A program made the translations under genes and the position numbers. Under the pieces are notes generated by a model. That model worked only from the letters and a program-made list of their open reading frames with translations. It did not search any database and was not told the origin of the DNA. A stretch of DNA of 64,000 bases, taken from the NCBI GenBank assembly GCA_965248925.1, contig CBDFLE010000005.1:1920001-1984000 (forward strand), written 5' to 3'. Of this stretch, positions 9,488 through 20,811 are shown one piece after another. Each line of letters begins with the position of its first letter. The first letter of the stretch is position 1. The DNA is from Candidatus Multivoradales bacterium. Its GTDB lineage: Bacteria > Acidobacteriota > Thermoanaerobaculia > Multivoradales > J023.

Positions 9488-11773
9488 ATGACCCGACGAA
9501 AGAGACCTCTTCTCCGATACATGGTAGTCGCCGGTCTGGTGGCCGGACCCGGCTCGTCCCTGGCGGCGGCAAACCGGGTCCCGGCCTACCTGACCTCCGC
9601 CAGCTGCGCCGAGTGCCACTCCCAAGCCTACAATGCCTGGTCCGACTCGCACCATGGTTGGGCCTGGCGGCCGGCAACGGCCGAGAACGTCCTCGGCGAT
9701 TTCTCCGCCGCCACGTTCGAGCACCGCGGCGTTCGCAGCCACTTCTCCAAGCGCGACGGGCGCTACTTCGTGCAGACCGGTGGCCCCGATGGCCAGCCAA
9801 CGACCTACGAGATCGCCGGCACCGTGGGCGTCACTCCGCTCCAGCAATACCTGGTTAAACTCGACGATGGCCGCCTGCAAGCCCTCGACATCGTCTGGGA
9901 CACCGAGGAGGGCCGGTGGTATCACCTGTACCCTGATCAAGCGCTGGAGCACGATCCAGGGCTCCACTGGACGGGCCCTTACCGCAACTGGAACTCGCGC
10001 TGCGTCAGCTGCCACGTCACCGGTTTCGTTAAGGGCTATGAGCCTGAGTCCGATCGCTATCAGAGTTCGTGGAGCGAGATGGGGGTCGGCTGCGAGGCCT
10101 GCCACGGCCCCGGCGAAGCCCACCTCGTCTGGGCCCGACAGGAAGAGACCCAGCGCCCCGGTTCAGCGTTGCTCGAATCCTTTGCTGGGGTCAACGCGAT
10201 GGGGTTCACGGTGAGCCTGGCAGCCACTGACCCCGAGGCCGAGATTCAGAGGTGCGCCGGCTGCCACTCGCGAAGGGAATCGTTGGCCGCCGACAGCGCG
10301 CCGCCAGGAGAGCCCTTTGCCGACCATTTCCGACTCGCCCTACTGCGCCAAGGGCTCTACCACGCCGATGGGCAGATCCAGGACGAGGTCTACGTCTACG
10401 GCTCGTTCTTACAAAGCAAGATGCACGCCCGTGGTGTTAGCTGCGGTGACTGTCACCAGCCTCACAATGCCGAACTCGATGTGGTGGGGAATGGCGTATG
10501 CACCCAATGCCACAATCCGCAGGGCAGGAAGGACTTCCCCACCCTGCGACTGGCGGAGTACGACTCACCACTCCACCACCACCACAGCCCCGGTAGCGAA
10601 GCCGCGCAATGCGTCAACTGTCACATGCCGGAGCAGACCTATATGGGGGTCGATCCACGCCGCGACCACAGCTTTCGCGTGCCCCGGCCTGACCTCACCG
10701 TCACAACCGGAGTGCCGAACGTCTGCACCAGCTGCCACGCGGATCAATCCGCCGAGTGGGCGCAAGCGCGCGTCGCGGGCTGGTTCCCACAAGGCCACCA
10801 ATTGCGGCCCCACTATGGCGAGGTTTTTCACGCCGCTCGCCAGGAGTTGAATGAGGTAACGGCCCAGAGTCTGGTCGATCTGGCGATGGACGTTGCCCAA
10901 CCTACGATCGTCCGCGCCTCAGCTCTGGAGTTCCTGGCGCCAGTGGCCACGCCGCCGATCGTCGGTTCGACCTTGCCGTTGTTGACCGACCCGAGTCCGC
11001 TGCTGCGGTCGACCGCCCTCGGCCTGTTCGCCGCCGCGCCGGCTGCCGTGCGAACCCGACATGGCGGCCCGCTGCTCGACGATCCGCTGCGCGCGGTGCG
11101 CATCGCCGCCGCCCGCCAGGTGTTGGACATCAAGACCGATAACTTGAGCCAAACCGATCGGGCAGTCGTCGAGAACGCTGTCGCTGAATACCATGCCTCG
11201 CTGTCGGCCCATGCCGATTTTCCCGAGGTGCAGCTCAATCTCGCACGCTTCGCTGCTACCCTGGGTCAGCAGAACATGGCGCAACGCGCCCTTGAAACCG
11301 CGCTCGCGCTCGACCCGAAACTGGCCGAGGCCTGGTTGCGTCTGGCACTGATGGAGGTCGATGAGCAGCGCTTCAAAGACGCCAAGAAAACCTTGCAGCG
11401 CGCCCTCGCCGAGGTGCCGAGCCACGGTGCTCTCCAGCAATTGTTCGGCCGGGTCCTGGCGCGGTTGGGCGACCAGGCCGCGGCGACTGCCGCTTTCGCG
11501 ACAGCGCTCTCCGAACTGCCCGACGAACTGGAAATCCGCGTCGAGTACGTGTCACTGCTCAGCAACCTCGGCCGACACGCCGAGGCCCTCGAAACACTCG
11601 CACAAGCGGATCAAACCGCGCAAGTCGATCCGCAGATGCTCTATCTTCTGGCCTACAACCATGCTCGGGTGAACGACATGGAAAGAGCCCGTCACTTTGC
11701 GCGAGAGCTTTCGCGCCGACATCCCGAGAGCCCGCTAAACCAGAACCTCCAGTCGGTCCTGGGTCAGCACTGA
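9488..11773 (+). CDS. Octaheme c-type cytochrome with HEAT/TPR C-terminus
   Basis: Eight CxxCH motifs (CAECH, CVSCH, CEACH, CAGCH, CGDCH, CTQCH, CVNCH, CTSCH); signal peptide; helical repeats in the C-terminal third. Confidence 0.88.
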   Translation: MTRRKRPLLRYMVVAGLVAGPGSSLAAANRVPAYLTSASCAECHSQAYNAWSDSHHGWAWRPATAENVLGDFSAATFEHRGVRSHFSKRDGRYFVQTGGPDGQPTTYEIAGTVGVTPLQQYLVKLDDGRLQALDIVWDTEEGRWYHLYPDQALEHDPGLHWTGPYRNWNSRCVSCHVTGFVKGYEPESDRYQSSWSEMGVGCEACHGPGEAHLVWARQEETQRPGSALLESFAGVNAMGFTVSLAATDPEAEIQRCAGCHSRRESLAADSAPPGEPFADHFRLALLRQGLYHADGQIQDEVYVYGSFLQSKMHARGVSCGDCHQPHNAELDVVGNGVCTQCHNPQGRKDFPTLRLAEYDSPLHHHHSPGSEAAQCVNCHMPEQTYMGVDPRRDHSFRVPRPDLTVTTGVPNVCTSCHADQSAEWAQARVAGWFPQGHQLRPHYGEVFHAARQELNEVTAQSLVDLAMDVAQPTIVRASALEFLAPVATPPIVGSTLPLLTDPSPLLRSTALGLFAAAPAAVRTRHGGPLLDDPLRAVRIAAARQVLDIKTDNLSQTDRAVVENAVAEYHASLSAHADFPEVQLNLARFAATLGQQNMAQRALETALALDPKLAEAWLRLALMEVDEQRFKDAKKTLQRALAEVPSHGALQQLFGRVLARLGDQAAATAAFATALSELPDELEIRVEYVSLLSNLGRHAEALETLAQADQTAQVDPQMLYLLAYNHARVNDMERARHFARELSRRHPESPLNQNLQSVLGQH

Positions 11774-11831
11774 TCAAGACCAATAGGCTGGAACAAATTC
11801 GGCAAAAGTCAACGGCACTAAGGAGTTCACG

Positions 11832-13004
11832 ATGAAACAAATCGCATGCATTCTCGCCCTCGCCCTGATGTCCTGTTCGGCCACCGAGCGCCCCGATTCC
11901 GAGACTACGACAATCCCGGCCTCAGGGCCTGCGTCGACGTTACCCGCGGTCGCGTGGCCGGGGCATCTGCCGATCTACGACCACATTGTGATTGTCATCG
12001 AAGAAAACAAGGATTGGTCAGAAATCATCGACAATGCGGACGCGCCGCACATCAACATGATGAAAGACAATGGAGCTCTCTTCACCAAAAGTTTCGGCCT
12101 TGAACACCATAGTCAAGGCAACTACTACTGGCTCTTCTCAGGCAGCAACCAGGATGTTGGTTTCAACGATAAGGTTCCGGCAACCTGCGATGATGAACCA
12201 CCCTTTGACTGTACCGACAACTATCCTTTCGACGGATCCAATCTAGGCCAACAGCTGATCGCCAACAATCTCTCTTTCAAAGGCTATTCCGAAAACCTCC
12301 CCGCCATCGGATCTACAGTGGATCATACCACTGAATTTATCGAGGCCGACGGAACAACCAGGAAGGTCTACGCGCGAAAGCATGTGCCTTGGATCAGCTT
12401 CTCCAACGTACCTAACACCGAAGACGCAGACACTTCATCCAATCTAAGATTCGCGAACTTCCCCACTGACTTCAAACATCTTCCTACGGTTTCTTTCGTT
12501 ATTCCAGATCTTCAGAATGACATGCACAACATCCGTAAGGAGGACGATCCCACGTTGTCTTACTGCAACGGCAAGGGTAGTGTCTGTGCCGGCGACACAT
12601 GGCTGCGTGACAACCTCGGCGACTACTATGATTGGGTCCAAGATGACAAGAACAATAGCCTGCTGATCTTCACGTTTGACGAGAACACCGGGTTTCAGGC
12701 CGGTTTGACCGAACCCGGCCTCACGATCCCGGATGGGGAGACTTGCGAAGAAGAGCAGGATCCCGACAACCGGGTCAAAAAGACAGCTTGCGGAGAACAA
12801 AACCGCGTCGTTACGATCTTCACCGGAGCACGCATCGAACCGTTTCAGTACGACGAGGGCAATGGCATCACCCACGTCAATATCCTGCGCACCATCGAGA
12901 GCATGTACGGTTTGCCCAAGTCGGGTGCCCAGTCGCAGCCCGCCGTCGATGCAGGAATCACGGACGACTTCATCATCATCGACGTGTTCCGGCCGGCGCG
13001 GTAG
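11832..13004 (+). CDS. Phosphoesterase / acid phosphatase family lipoprotein
   Basis: Lipobox-like LALMSC; HIVIVIEEN, HHSQGNY..LFSG, YARKHVPW, NDMH, FTFDE; AGGAG RBS. Confidence 0.85.
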   Translation: MKQIACILALALMSCSATERPDSETTTIPASGPASTLPAVAWPGHLPIYDHIVIVIEENKDWSEIIDNADAPHINMMKDNGALFTKSFGLEHHSQGNYYWLFSGSNQDVGFNDKVPATCDDEPPFDCTDNYPFDGSNLGQQLIANNLSFKGYSENLPAIGSTVDHTTEFIEADGTTRKVYARKHVPWISFSNVPNTEDADTSSNLRFANFPTDFKHLPTVSFVIPDLQNDMHNIRKEDDPTLSYCNGKGSVCAGDTWLRDNLGDYYDWVQDDKNNSLLIFTFDENTGFQAGLTEPGLTIPDGETCEEEQDPDNRVKKTACGEQNRVVTIFTGARIEPFQYDEGNGITHVNILRTIESMYGLPKSGAQSQPAVDAGITDDFIIIDVFRPAR

Positions 13005-13079
13005 CTCGCCGATCACCACTAGGACTCACTCGACACAATTGGGAGAGTAGAGATTCTTGATTGCCGGCCGGGCCCAGCG

Positions 13080-16000
13080 TCAAGCTCCCGGACGCGCGAT
13101 TTCGAGCTTCTTCATCCGGTTGCGCAAAGTCGGCGGGGTCAACCCTAGCCGTTCTGCGGCGTTGCCAAGACCTTTGACTTTCCAGCCGCACTCCTCGAGG
13201 ACTCTGCGGACATGGCTACGCTCCAGATCGATCAGGCGCTCGGGATTCGCCCAGGGTGTTTTTCCCACGCCGAAGGTCTCCTCCAAGAACAGGGAGTCGC
13301 CCGGCGACAGAATCAGCGCCCGCTCGACTACGTTCTCGAGTTCCCGGACGTTGCCTGGCCAGGCATAGGCGGCGAGGCGCTCCATCACCAACTGTGGAAT
13401 CCTCTCGATCGCCTTACCCAGCTTGGCCTGTTTGCAGTTGACGAAATAGTGCACCAGCAACGGCAGGTCACCGTGGCGCTCCCTGAGCGGCGGTAATTCG
13501 ACGGGAAAAACCGTCACGCGGTAGTAGAGGTCGGAGCGAAAAGTCCCTTCCGCCATCGCCTGCTGGAGATCTCGGTTGGTGGCGGCGATGATCCGCACGT
13601 CGACCTTGATCGTCTTGACTCCGCCCAACCGTTCGAATTCCCCTTCTTGCAGCACCCGCAGTAGCTTGGCCTGGACTTCCAGCGATAGATCGCCGATCTC
13701 GTCGAGAAAGAGGGTGCCGGCGTCGGCCAGTTCGAAGCGGCCCGCCCGACGATTCACCGCGCCGGTATAGGCTCCCTTCTCGTGACCAAAGAGTTCGCTC
13801 TCGATCAAGGTGGTCGGCAGAGCGGCGCAGTTGACCTTGACCAACGGACGGTCGCGACGTGGGCTGAGCCGGTGGAGAGCTCTAGCGATGAGTTCCTTGC
13901 CGGTGCCAGTCTCACCCAGAATCAACACCGTGGCATCGGTGGCTGCGACCTGCTCAACCTTGAACAGCACTTTTCGCATCGCCTCACTTTCGCCGACGAT
14001 CTCTTCGAAATGGCTGCTGATCTCCTCTTGTAGATAGACGTTCTCAGCCTCCAAGCGATTCTTCAGGACCGCCAACTCGCCCTCGGCGTGGCGCCGGGTC
14101 TCGACTTCTTGCTGCAGGCTGTGATGAAGCCGGGCATTCTGCAGCGCCGCTGCTGCTCGCGACGCCAGCAGCAGCACCGTCGTCGAGCGCTGGGAGGAAA
14201 AGACATCCGGACTGCGGTCGTTCTCGAGATAAACAATCTCCACCACCTGGCCCCGATGCAGCAGCGGAAAACAGTGCAGCGAGCGAGGCTGCGCACGCTG
14301 CATGTAGGGGTCCGAAGCAAAGCGGGGGTCGCTCGTGGCCTCGCCGAGACACACCGCCTCTCGCGTGCGGGTGACAAAGCGGACCACCGCCGCGGAGATC
14401 TCCGAGTAATCCTCGAGCACCAGGTTCTCCATCAAGTCGACCTCGCCATCGGCGCCGCTCGCTTCGATGACGATCTGCTCTCCGTCCTGCCGCAGCAAGA
14501 ATCCGCGCCGAGCGCCCGCATTTTGCAGCAGCAGGGTCATCAGGCGGCGCAGGAGTCTGGCCAAGTCGAGTTCATTCGAAAGCGCGCTCTCGGCGCGCTC
14601 AAGACTGGTCAGATCGAGCGGACTGGCGCCGTCGCCCGGTGCCGACAAAAGGTCTGGATAGCTCTCGAACAGCTGATCGACTTTGGCGCGAGCGCCCCAG
14701 CGGCCATAAACCGCGACTGCCGCCCGCAGATAAGCCCCGGCAGCGCGCTGCTGCTCGATCTCCAAGCAGAACTCGCCGGCGAGTTCGCGGGCCAGAGCTT
14801 CCTCGTGGGGAAAGCCACTCAGCCGAGCGCCCTCGATCGCTCGCTCGAAAAGCGCCAGCACCACGTCAGCCGCACCGGCGGAGCGCTGCCGGTGCGCTAT
14901 CACCAGATCCAATCGGTGCTGATAGATCTCCGGCGCGGCTTGAGCCTGGCGCTCGAGCCGCGCATAACAGGCGCTGACCTCGGACTCTTCCACGGCACCT
15001 TGGTCAATACCTCCGGTCGCTGCGAGGCTATCCCAGAAGATCAGGCAGCGGTAGAAGTCGAAGGGAAAGAGCGGCAACATGCCGTTGAGCATCGCCAGCG
15101 ACTCGCGCGCCGCACGCGCCGCCGCGACGTGTTGGCGCAGCATAAAGCGCACCATCATCTCCGGCCCGATAGCCCGCAGGCGCACGCTCGCCACGGCTCC
15201 CGGAGGGATATCGGCGGTGTCGATCGCCTGCTCGACCGTGCACCGGCCGAGCAACACGCCGGCGAGCCGGGCCACCCCTTCGATGGCGTTCGCCATCATC
15301 AGCTGACCGAAACCCTGGACTTTGGCGTGATGCTCAAGAGCCAACGCCTCGACCTCTGCCAATTCGCTGGTGCCAAGGAGGCTGGCGATCGACATTTGCA
15401 ACCCACACGCACTTGCCAAGTGAAGATCGCCGGATTCGAGATTGCGGCGGAAATGTTCGGTGAAACGCTGCTGGAGAACGTCGGGATGCAAGGTCCTCCC
15501 GCCGACCAACAGGTCGAAAATCATCCGGCAGCTGTTTTCCTGGCTTTTCCCTTCTGGACGGTCCGCAAGCGCCAGTCCGAACTCACCAACACGGCGCCCG
15601 GCCGCGATGTCCTCCAGCTCGCCGCAGTACACCTCGCTCATCAGGGTATAGGCCAGCGGCGAGGACGGACCGAGGCCGTGAATGGCGGTGAGGTCCACCA
15701 GCCGACAAGTCGCCAACCGGAGGAGGGGGATCCGGGTCCATGCCGCCATGAGCACAGTCCGCGCCAGGAGCCTTGATACGGCGATCAGTGCGGGGTCCCG
15801 AAGAGTCGGCAGCTGGCCAACGCCGCCTTCTTTTACCGCCGCCAGCACCGATTCAACCCCTCGGTCAGCGGCCTCCACCGCGGTCGTGAGATCCGCGGAT
15901 TCGGGTTGCATCGGGATCTCCACCCCGAGGCGCCCGACGATGTCGAGCGAAAGGCGGATCGCCTCTTCCTCCTCACGCCGGGCGTAGAGCATGTAGATCC

Positions 16001-18553
16001 GAGCCTCGTGGGCCGGCACCGCGTCGAGCAGGCTGGAAGCATTGCGGCATAGGGCCTCTGCCAGGCACTCAGCGGCCTCGAAGTCCCCGGCCAGCGAAGC
16101 CGCTTCGGCGGCCTCCACATGCAGGGACCGGTTGAGCTCGTAATCCGCGCGCCAGGAAGCGGCGCGGCTAACGGTGGCGGTCTCGGCCAGCAACATTTCA
16201 AGGGCCCGGTTGAAATAGGCCGAGGCCGTCGAAAAGGCACCTGAAGCCCTGGCCTGGCGGCCGGCTTCCGTGTTGAGCCAGCTCAATTCCCGGCGCTCCT
16301 CCGGTTCCGTGATCAAGTGAGCCGCTTGATTGAGGTGGTCAGCAACCGCAAAGAGATCGTAGCGGCTCACTTCGCGCCGATCCCGCAGCAGACGCCCTAT
16401 CCGCAGGTGGAGGTTGACCCGCTCCTGCGGCTGGAGAAGATGGTAGGCACCTTCCCGCACCCGGTCGTGAACGAACGCATAGCGTCGACTCTTGCCCTTT
16501 GGCTGCCCCCATGGGGAGGCGTCGGCGTGGACAAAAAACCCTTGCCGACAAGCTTCGACCAGGATCCCTTCGGTCTGTCTCTCTCCCGGCACGGTGTTGC
16601 CGAAGCATCGCCACCGCAGACCGCGGCCAGGGTCTCCACGTCGACCTCTTTGCCGAGCATCGACGCCACCGCCACCGCCCGGCGTGCGGCGCTGGGGAGT
16701 TCGGTGAGCCGGTGAGCGATCAGCTCGATGACGTTCTCCGTCGCCTCGAGCTTGGTGATCTGACCCAGGTCCCAGGTCCAGCGAGCTGAAGGCAGAAAGC
16801 TATCCGATGATTCGCTGACGGTAAAACGCAGCAGGCCGCGCCGGTGGAGAGTGCTGAGGAAAGTGTGAGCGAAAAAAGGATTGCCGGCGGTCTTGCGGTA
16901 AACCAGCCTGGCCAGGGGCGCCACCTCCGACGACTCCAGGTGCAAAGTCTCGCTGACCAACCTGGAAAGCGCCGCCTCGGTCAGCGGCGGCAGCCTCAGG
17001 GAGTCGATGTCGACGCCCTGCTCGGAGATGTGTTCCAATGTATGAGCCAGCAAGTGGTCTTGGTCGACCTCGCTGTCGCGGTAGGCCCCCAACAACAGGA
17101 AAGCTCCTCTCTCGCCGGTCACCAAACTTGCCATGAGTGCCAAGCTAGCCGGGTCGATCCAATGCAGATCGTCGAGAAAGATCACCAGCGGCGTACTGTC
17201 CTTCACCGCCACGAGCGACGCCAAGAAACTACAAATGCTGACGTGGAAACGGTTCATGGCGTTTGCCGGTGCCGCTTCGAGCACCGGCGGCGGCTCCCCG
17301 ACCAGGCTGAGGAGTTCGGGCAGGGCCTCGGTCACTACGCCGAAGTTGCTGCCCAATTCCGCCTCCAGGAGCCGCCCCCAGCTGGCAGCCTGCTGCGGGT
17401 TGGCGCCGAGCCGCTGCTCCACCAAACTTCGCAGGGCGGTGAGGATCCCGGCGTAAGGCATCGCTCGCGAGTTGGGGTCGAACGTGCCGCTGGCGAACAG
17501 CCCCCCCCGCCGTATCACCGAGCAACGGATTTCCTCGACCAGGGAGGTCTTGCCAACCCCGGAGTAGCCCGCCACCAACCGCACCGACCCACGTCCCGCA
17601 GCGGCGGCGGCCAGTGCCTGTTCCAACCAGTCCAGCTCCACTTCCCGGCCGAACAGCCCTTGGGGTAGCTCGAAGCGCTCCGCCACGTCGCGCTCACCGA
17701 GCTCGAAGGGGCGGATCTCACCACCGTCCGCCAGCTTGGCAAGGCAACGCTCGAGATCATAGAGCAGGCCCAGGCCGCTCTGGTAGCGCTCCTCCGCGGC
17801 CCTGGCCAGCAGCTTGCCGACGATCGCCGAGACCACGGTCGGGATGGCGGACCGGTAGGCGCGAGGATCGGGCGCGTCGACGGCGATGTGGGCGTGGACC
17901 AGGGCCATCCTATCGGTGGCCTCAAAGGGAAGCCGGCCGGTCAGCATCTCGAATAATACGACACCGAGGGAGTAGAGATCGGCACGGTAGTCGAGCTGCC
18001 GATTGATACGCCCGGTGGCCTCCGGCGCCAAGTAGGTAGGATCCCCCTCCAGCCGGTTCGGGGGACGGAGCCGCCACGCTTCTCGCCCTACCTGGCTGGC
18101 GCGCCCCAGACCGGTGAGGAGCACTTGCCCCGTTTCTTCGTCGTAGAAGACGTTGGCGGGCCGCAGATCCCGGTGCATCAGGTCGCGCCGGTGAAGCGCG
18201 CTCAAGGTGCTGGCCAGTTGGGCACCTATCTTGAGCGCGGAGTTCAGTGGCAGCGCACAGCCATGCCGACTCAAGAAGTGTTCTAGGGGGGCGCCGGGAA
18301 CGCTAGCAAGCACTAACACCGCCGAACCGTTCTTGCCGATGAGATCGAGGACAGCGATCACCCCGTCGACATTGATATCGCGACAGACCTCGAATTCATG
18401 TTCGAGCAAGGCTCTAGCGTTGCTAGTCGAGCCGGAGCCGTTCCCCGAGGCCTTCAACAGCACGCGCCGCCCGTCGGACGTGCGCCGCGCTCGCCAGAAG
18501 CAGTGAGCGCCACCACCGATCTCCTCACTGACTTCGAACCCCTCAAAGTCCAT
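13080..18553 (-). pseudogene. Kinase-AAA ATPase-TPR-like-GAF-sigma54 enhancer-binding protein, split by a frameshift near 16590
   Basis: 5' ORF: HRDLRPAN, YLAPE, GYSGVGKT, IFLDDLHW. 3' ORF: [50 protein letters not shown]. The domains continue across the frame change; GGAGG RBS before ATG 18553. Confidence 0.82.
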
Positions 18554-18747
18554 TCCCCACCTCCCACGGTGCATTGCTGAGATGTCTTATCCTAGCAAAA
18601 GCACAGAAATTCTGCCTACCTCGTAATTCCTCCCCAATTGCACTGAGGGCAGCGACGAGAGCGGGTGTCGTAGCCGCTGCACGGCTTGCCACACTCAGGA
18701 CGGGGTGGCGCTTCTCTCCGTTGATCAGATGCACCAAAAACTCACCC

Positions 18748-19630
18748 TCACCCAAGGCCAGCCGCCAACACGCCGACCCGCACCGGCTGGTTGTGCTCGT
18801 CGACCCGGATCGCGCCGGTGCCGTAGAGCACTTTGAGATTGGCCAGTGGGTTCTCTGCCACGACGACCAGGTCAGCCAGCTTGCCGGGCTCGACCGAGCC
18901 GATCTCGGCCACCCGGCCAAGCGCCTCGGCGCCGAGGAAAGTCGCCGAGCGCAGCACCTCAAGGGGGTGGAAACCTGCTTCGCGCAGCAGTTCGAGTTCG
19001 CGGATGTAGCCGAAGCCGTAAAGCTTGTAGATAAAACCGCTGTCGGGGCCGGCGGTGACCCGGCCGCCACGGTTCTTGTACTCATTGAGAAACACCATCC
19101 AACGACGGAAGTTGTCGCGCCAGGCGACCTCGTCTTCGGTCGACCAGTCGAACCAGTAGGAACCGTGCGGCTTACGGCTCGGGCGGTAGAAGTCCCACAG
19201 CGACGGCAGGGTGTACTCCTCGTGCCATTCGGCGCGGCGGGCGCGCATCAGGTCGCGGCTGGCTTCGTAGATGGTCAGGGTCGGGTCGAGGGTGAAGTCG
19301 AGTTCTAGCAACTCCTCCATCACCGCTTCCCAGCGGGCGCTGCCGGGGCCCACAGCCAGCCGGCCGCGCCAAAGCGGTGCTGCTCGTTAGTTGTAGTTGT
19401 AGTCGAGCGGGTAGTCCTGGATCACCCGATCGTCAAACAATGCCTCGGGCAGGCCATACCAATGCTCCATCGAGGTCAATCCCCAGCGCGCGGTGCCGGG
19501 CACATTGACCCGGGTGACCGCCAGCTGGGCATGGTGGCAGGCGGTTCTCAGGCCGCGGGCGGTGGCCTCCTCGATCGCCGCTTGCATGATGTCGGGCCGA
19601 TAGCCGCAGAACTTCAGCCCGGTGGCGCCT
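18748..19630 (-). pseudogene. Amidohydrolase family fragment with several frameshifts
   Basis: TACHHAQ, SMEHWYGLPEALF, AGPDSGFIYKLYGF, GSVEPGKLADLVVV spread over different frames; 5' end missing. Confidence 0.8.
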
Positions 19631-19937
19631 CACCCTCGGCCAGAAATGCCGTCCGCAGGGTCTCGCGGAACTCCTTGCCGCCGGCCTTGGGCGGGGCGTC
19701 CAGATGCTCGGCCGGGTCGCACATCGTGACCCGGCGAAAGAACTCCTCGGGGGTGATCTCCATCGCCCCGAGGAGCCTCTCGAGGCTCGACAGGGTCACC
19801 ACGCGGGTGGCCCAAACCCGGGTCAGGTAGCCGCCGCTGAAGCCGGCTCGCACCTCGATCTCGGTCTGATTCAGCGGGTGGGCCTCGATCACCCGCTGAA
19901 GAATCTCGATCAGTTGCTGTTGAAGCTGCCCTGGCAT
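19614..19937 (-). CDS. XRE-like helix-turn-helix protein (3' end probably fused to the amidohydrolase remnant)
   Basis: LNQTEIEVRAGFSGGYLTRV...LERLLGAMEITPEEFF; GGAGG RBS before ATG 19937; divergent from the giant-protein locus. Confidence 0.65.
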   Translation of the reverse strand: MPGQLQQQLIEILQRVIEAHPLNQTEIEVRAGFSGGYLTRVWATRVVTLSSLERLLGAMEITPEEFFRRVTMCDPAEHLDAPPKAGGKEFRETLRTAFLAEGEAPPG

Positions 19938-20811
19938 AGTCGCGCCCTCCTGCCCCGCTGGCATCTGTCGGCATCTGCCGGCAAAGTCTCCAAATTCAAC
20001 GATCAGACTAGTTCGATCAACAAAATCTTCTCTCATTTTCTCTGAAAGGGAATGGTTTTGTCTAGACGGAAAGGAGAGAGCTAGGGTCACAGCAGACCCC
20101 GCGGAGAAACCCAGCCGCGGTATCGGACCGCCCCAAGACCTGTAGACCCGGAGTCAGCCAGTTGAAAAAATCCACCGATTCCCCCCAGACCCCAGCCGCT
20201 GGCGCCGCGGCCGGTCGCCACGATTTCCTGGAGAGCACCCGTCTGGATGTCAAGCGAGTCGCAGCCAACTGGAGCGGTCACAGCCACGAGCCCGCAGAGC
20301 CGCCGGAAGGGGCCGCGGGATGAGCGGGGCACCGCCAGTACAACCGCTTGAGCGAGGAAGTCCTGGCCAGCCTGAAGTCCCGAGTGCGGAGCGACGAGAT
20401 CCGAGCCTTCAAGGAAGTTCCGGCGGGTCTGGATCTCTTTGGCCAGTGCGCACCCCGCCGAAGCCATTCTTGCGCGCGCCTACGAGCGATTATCGCCGGC
20501 CTCCATGCAGGTGGAATACCGAAGAGGAATCCTGAATTTTGCCCTATCTTCGCCAGAATCTGTCGCCACTTGGCCTCAAGGCCAGTGAATACTCGTCTTC
20601 GGCGGGAGAAATCCCTACATGGAATTCAGTAGCTCCGAAGAGCCGACTGCGAAAAGCTGGGCCATCGGGACCCAAATGAACCGAGGAACTGAAGTTTCTG
20701 CGAATTGGCTTGTAACTTTTGAATCGAATCTGCGCCTATAGATGTTTGAAGGCCCAGCCCAGCCACTCGGCTGGCGGCGAAATCAGCTGATGATCGGGGA
20801 CGATTGAGATT

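Noticed and set aside
14088-15776. 562-aa plus-strand ORF, and similar long antisense ORFs such as 32843..34822 and 8924..10123
   Set aside because: Shadow ORFs of high-GC genes on the opposite strand, with no recognisable motifs
20090-20811. Small ORFs or an ncRNA upstream of the giant gene
   Set aside because: No recognisable protein motifs or RNA structure could be supported
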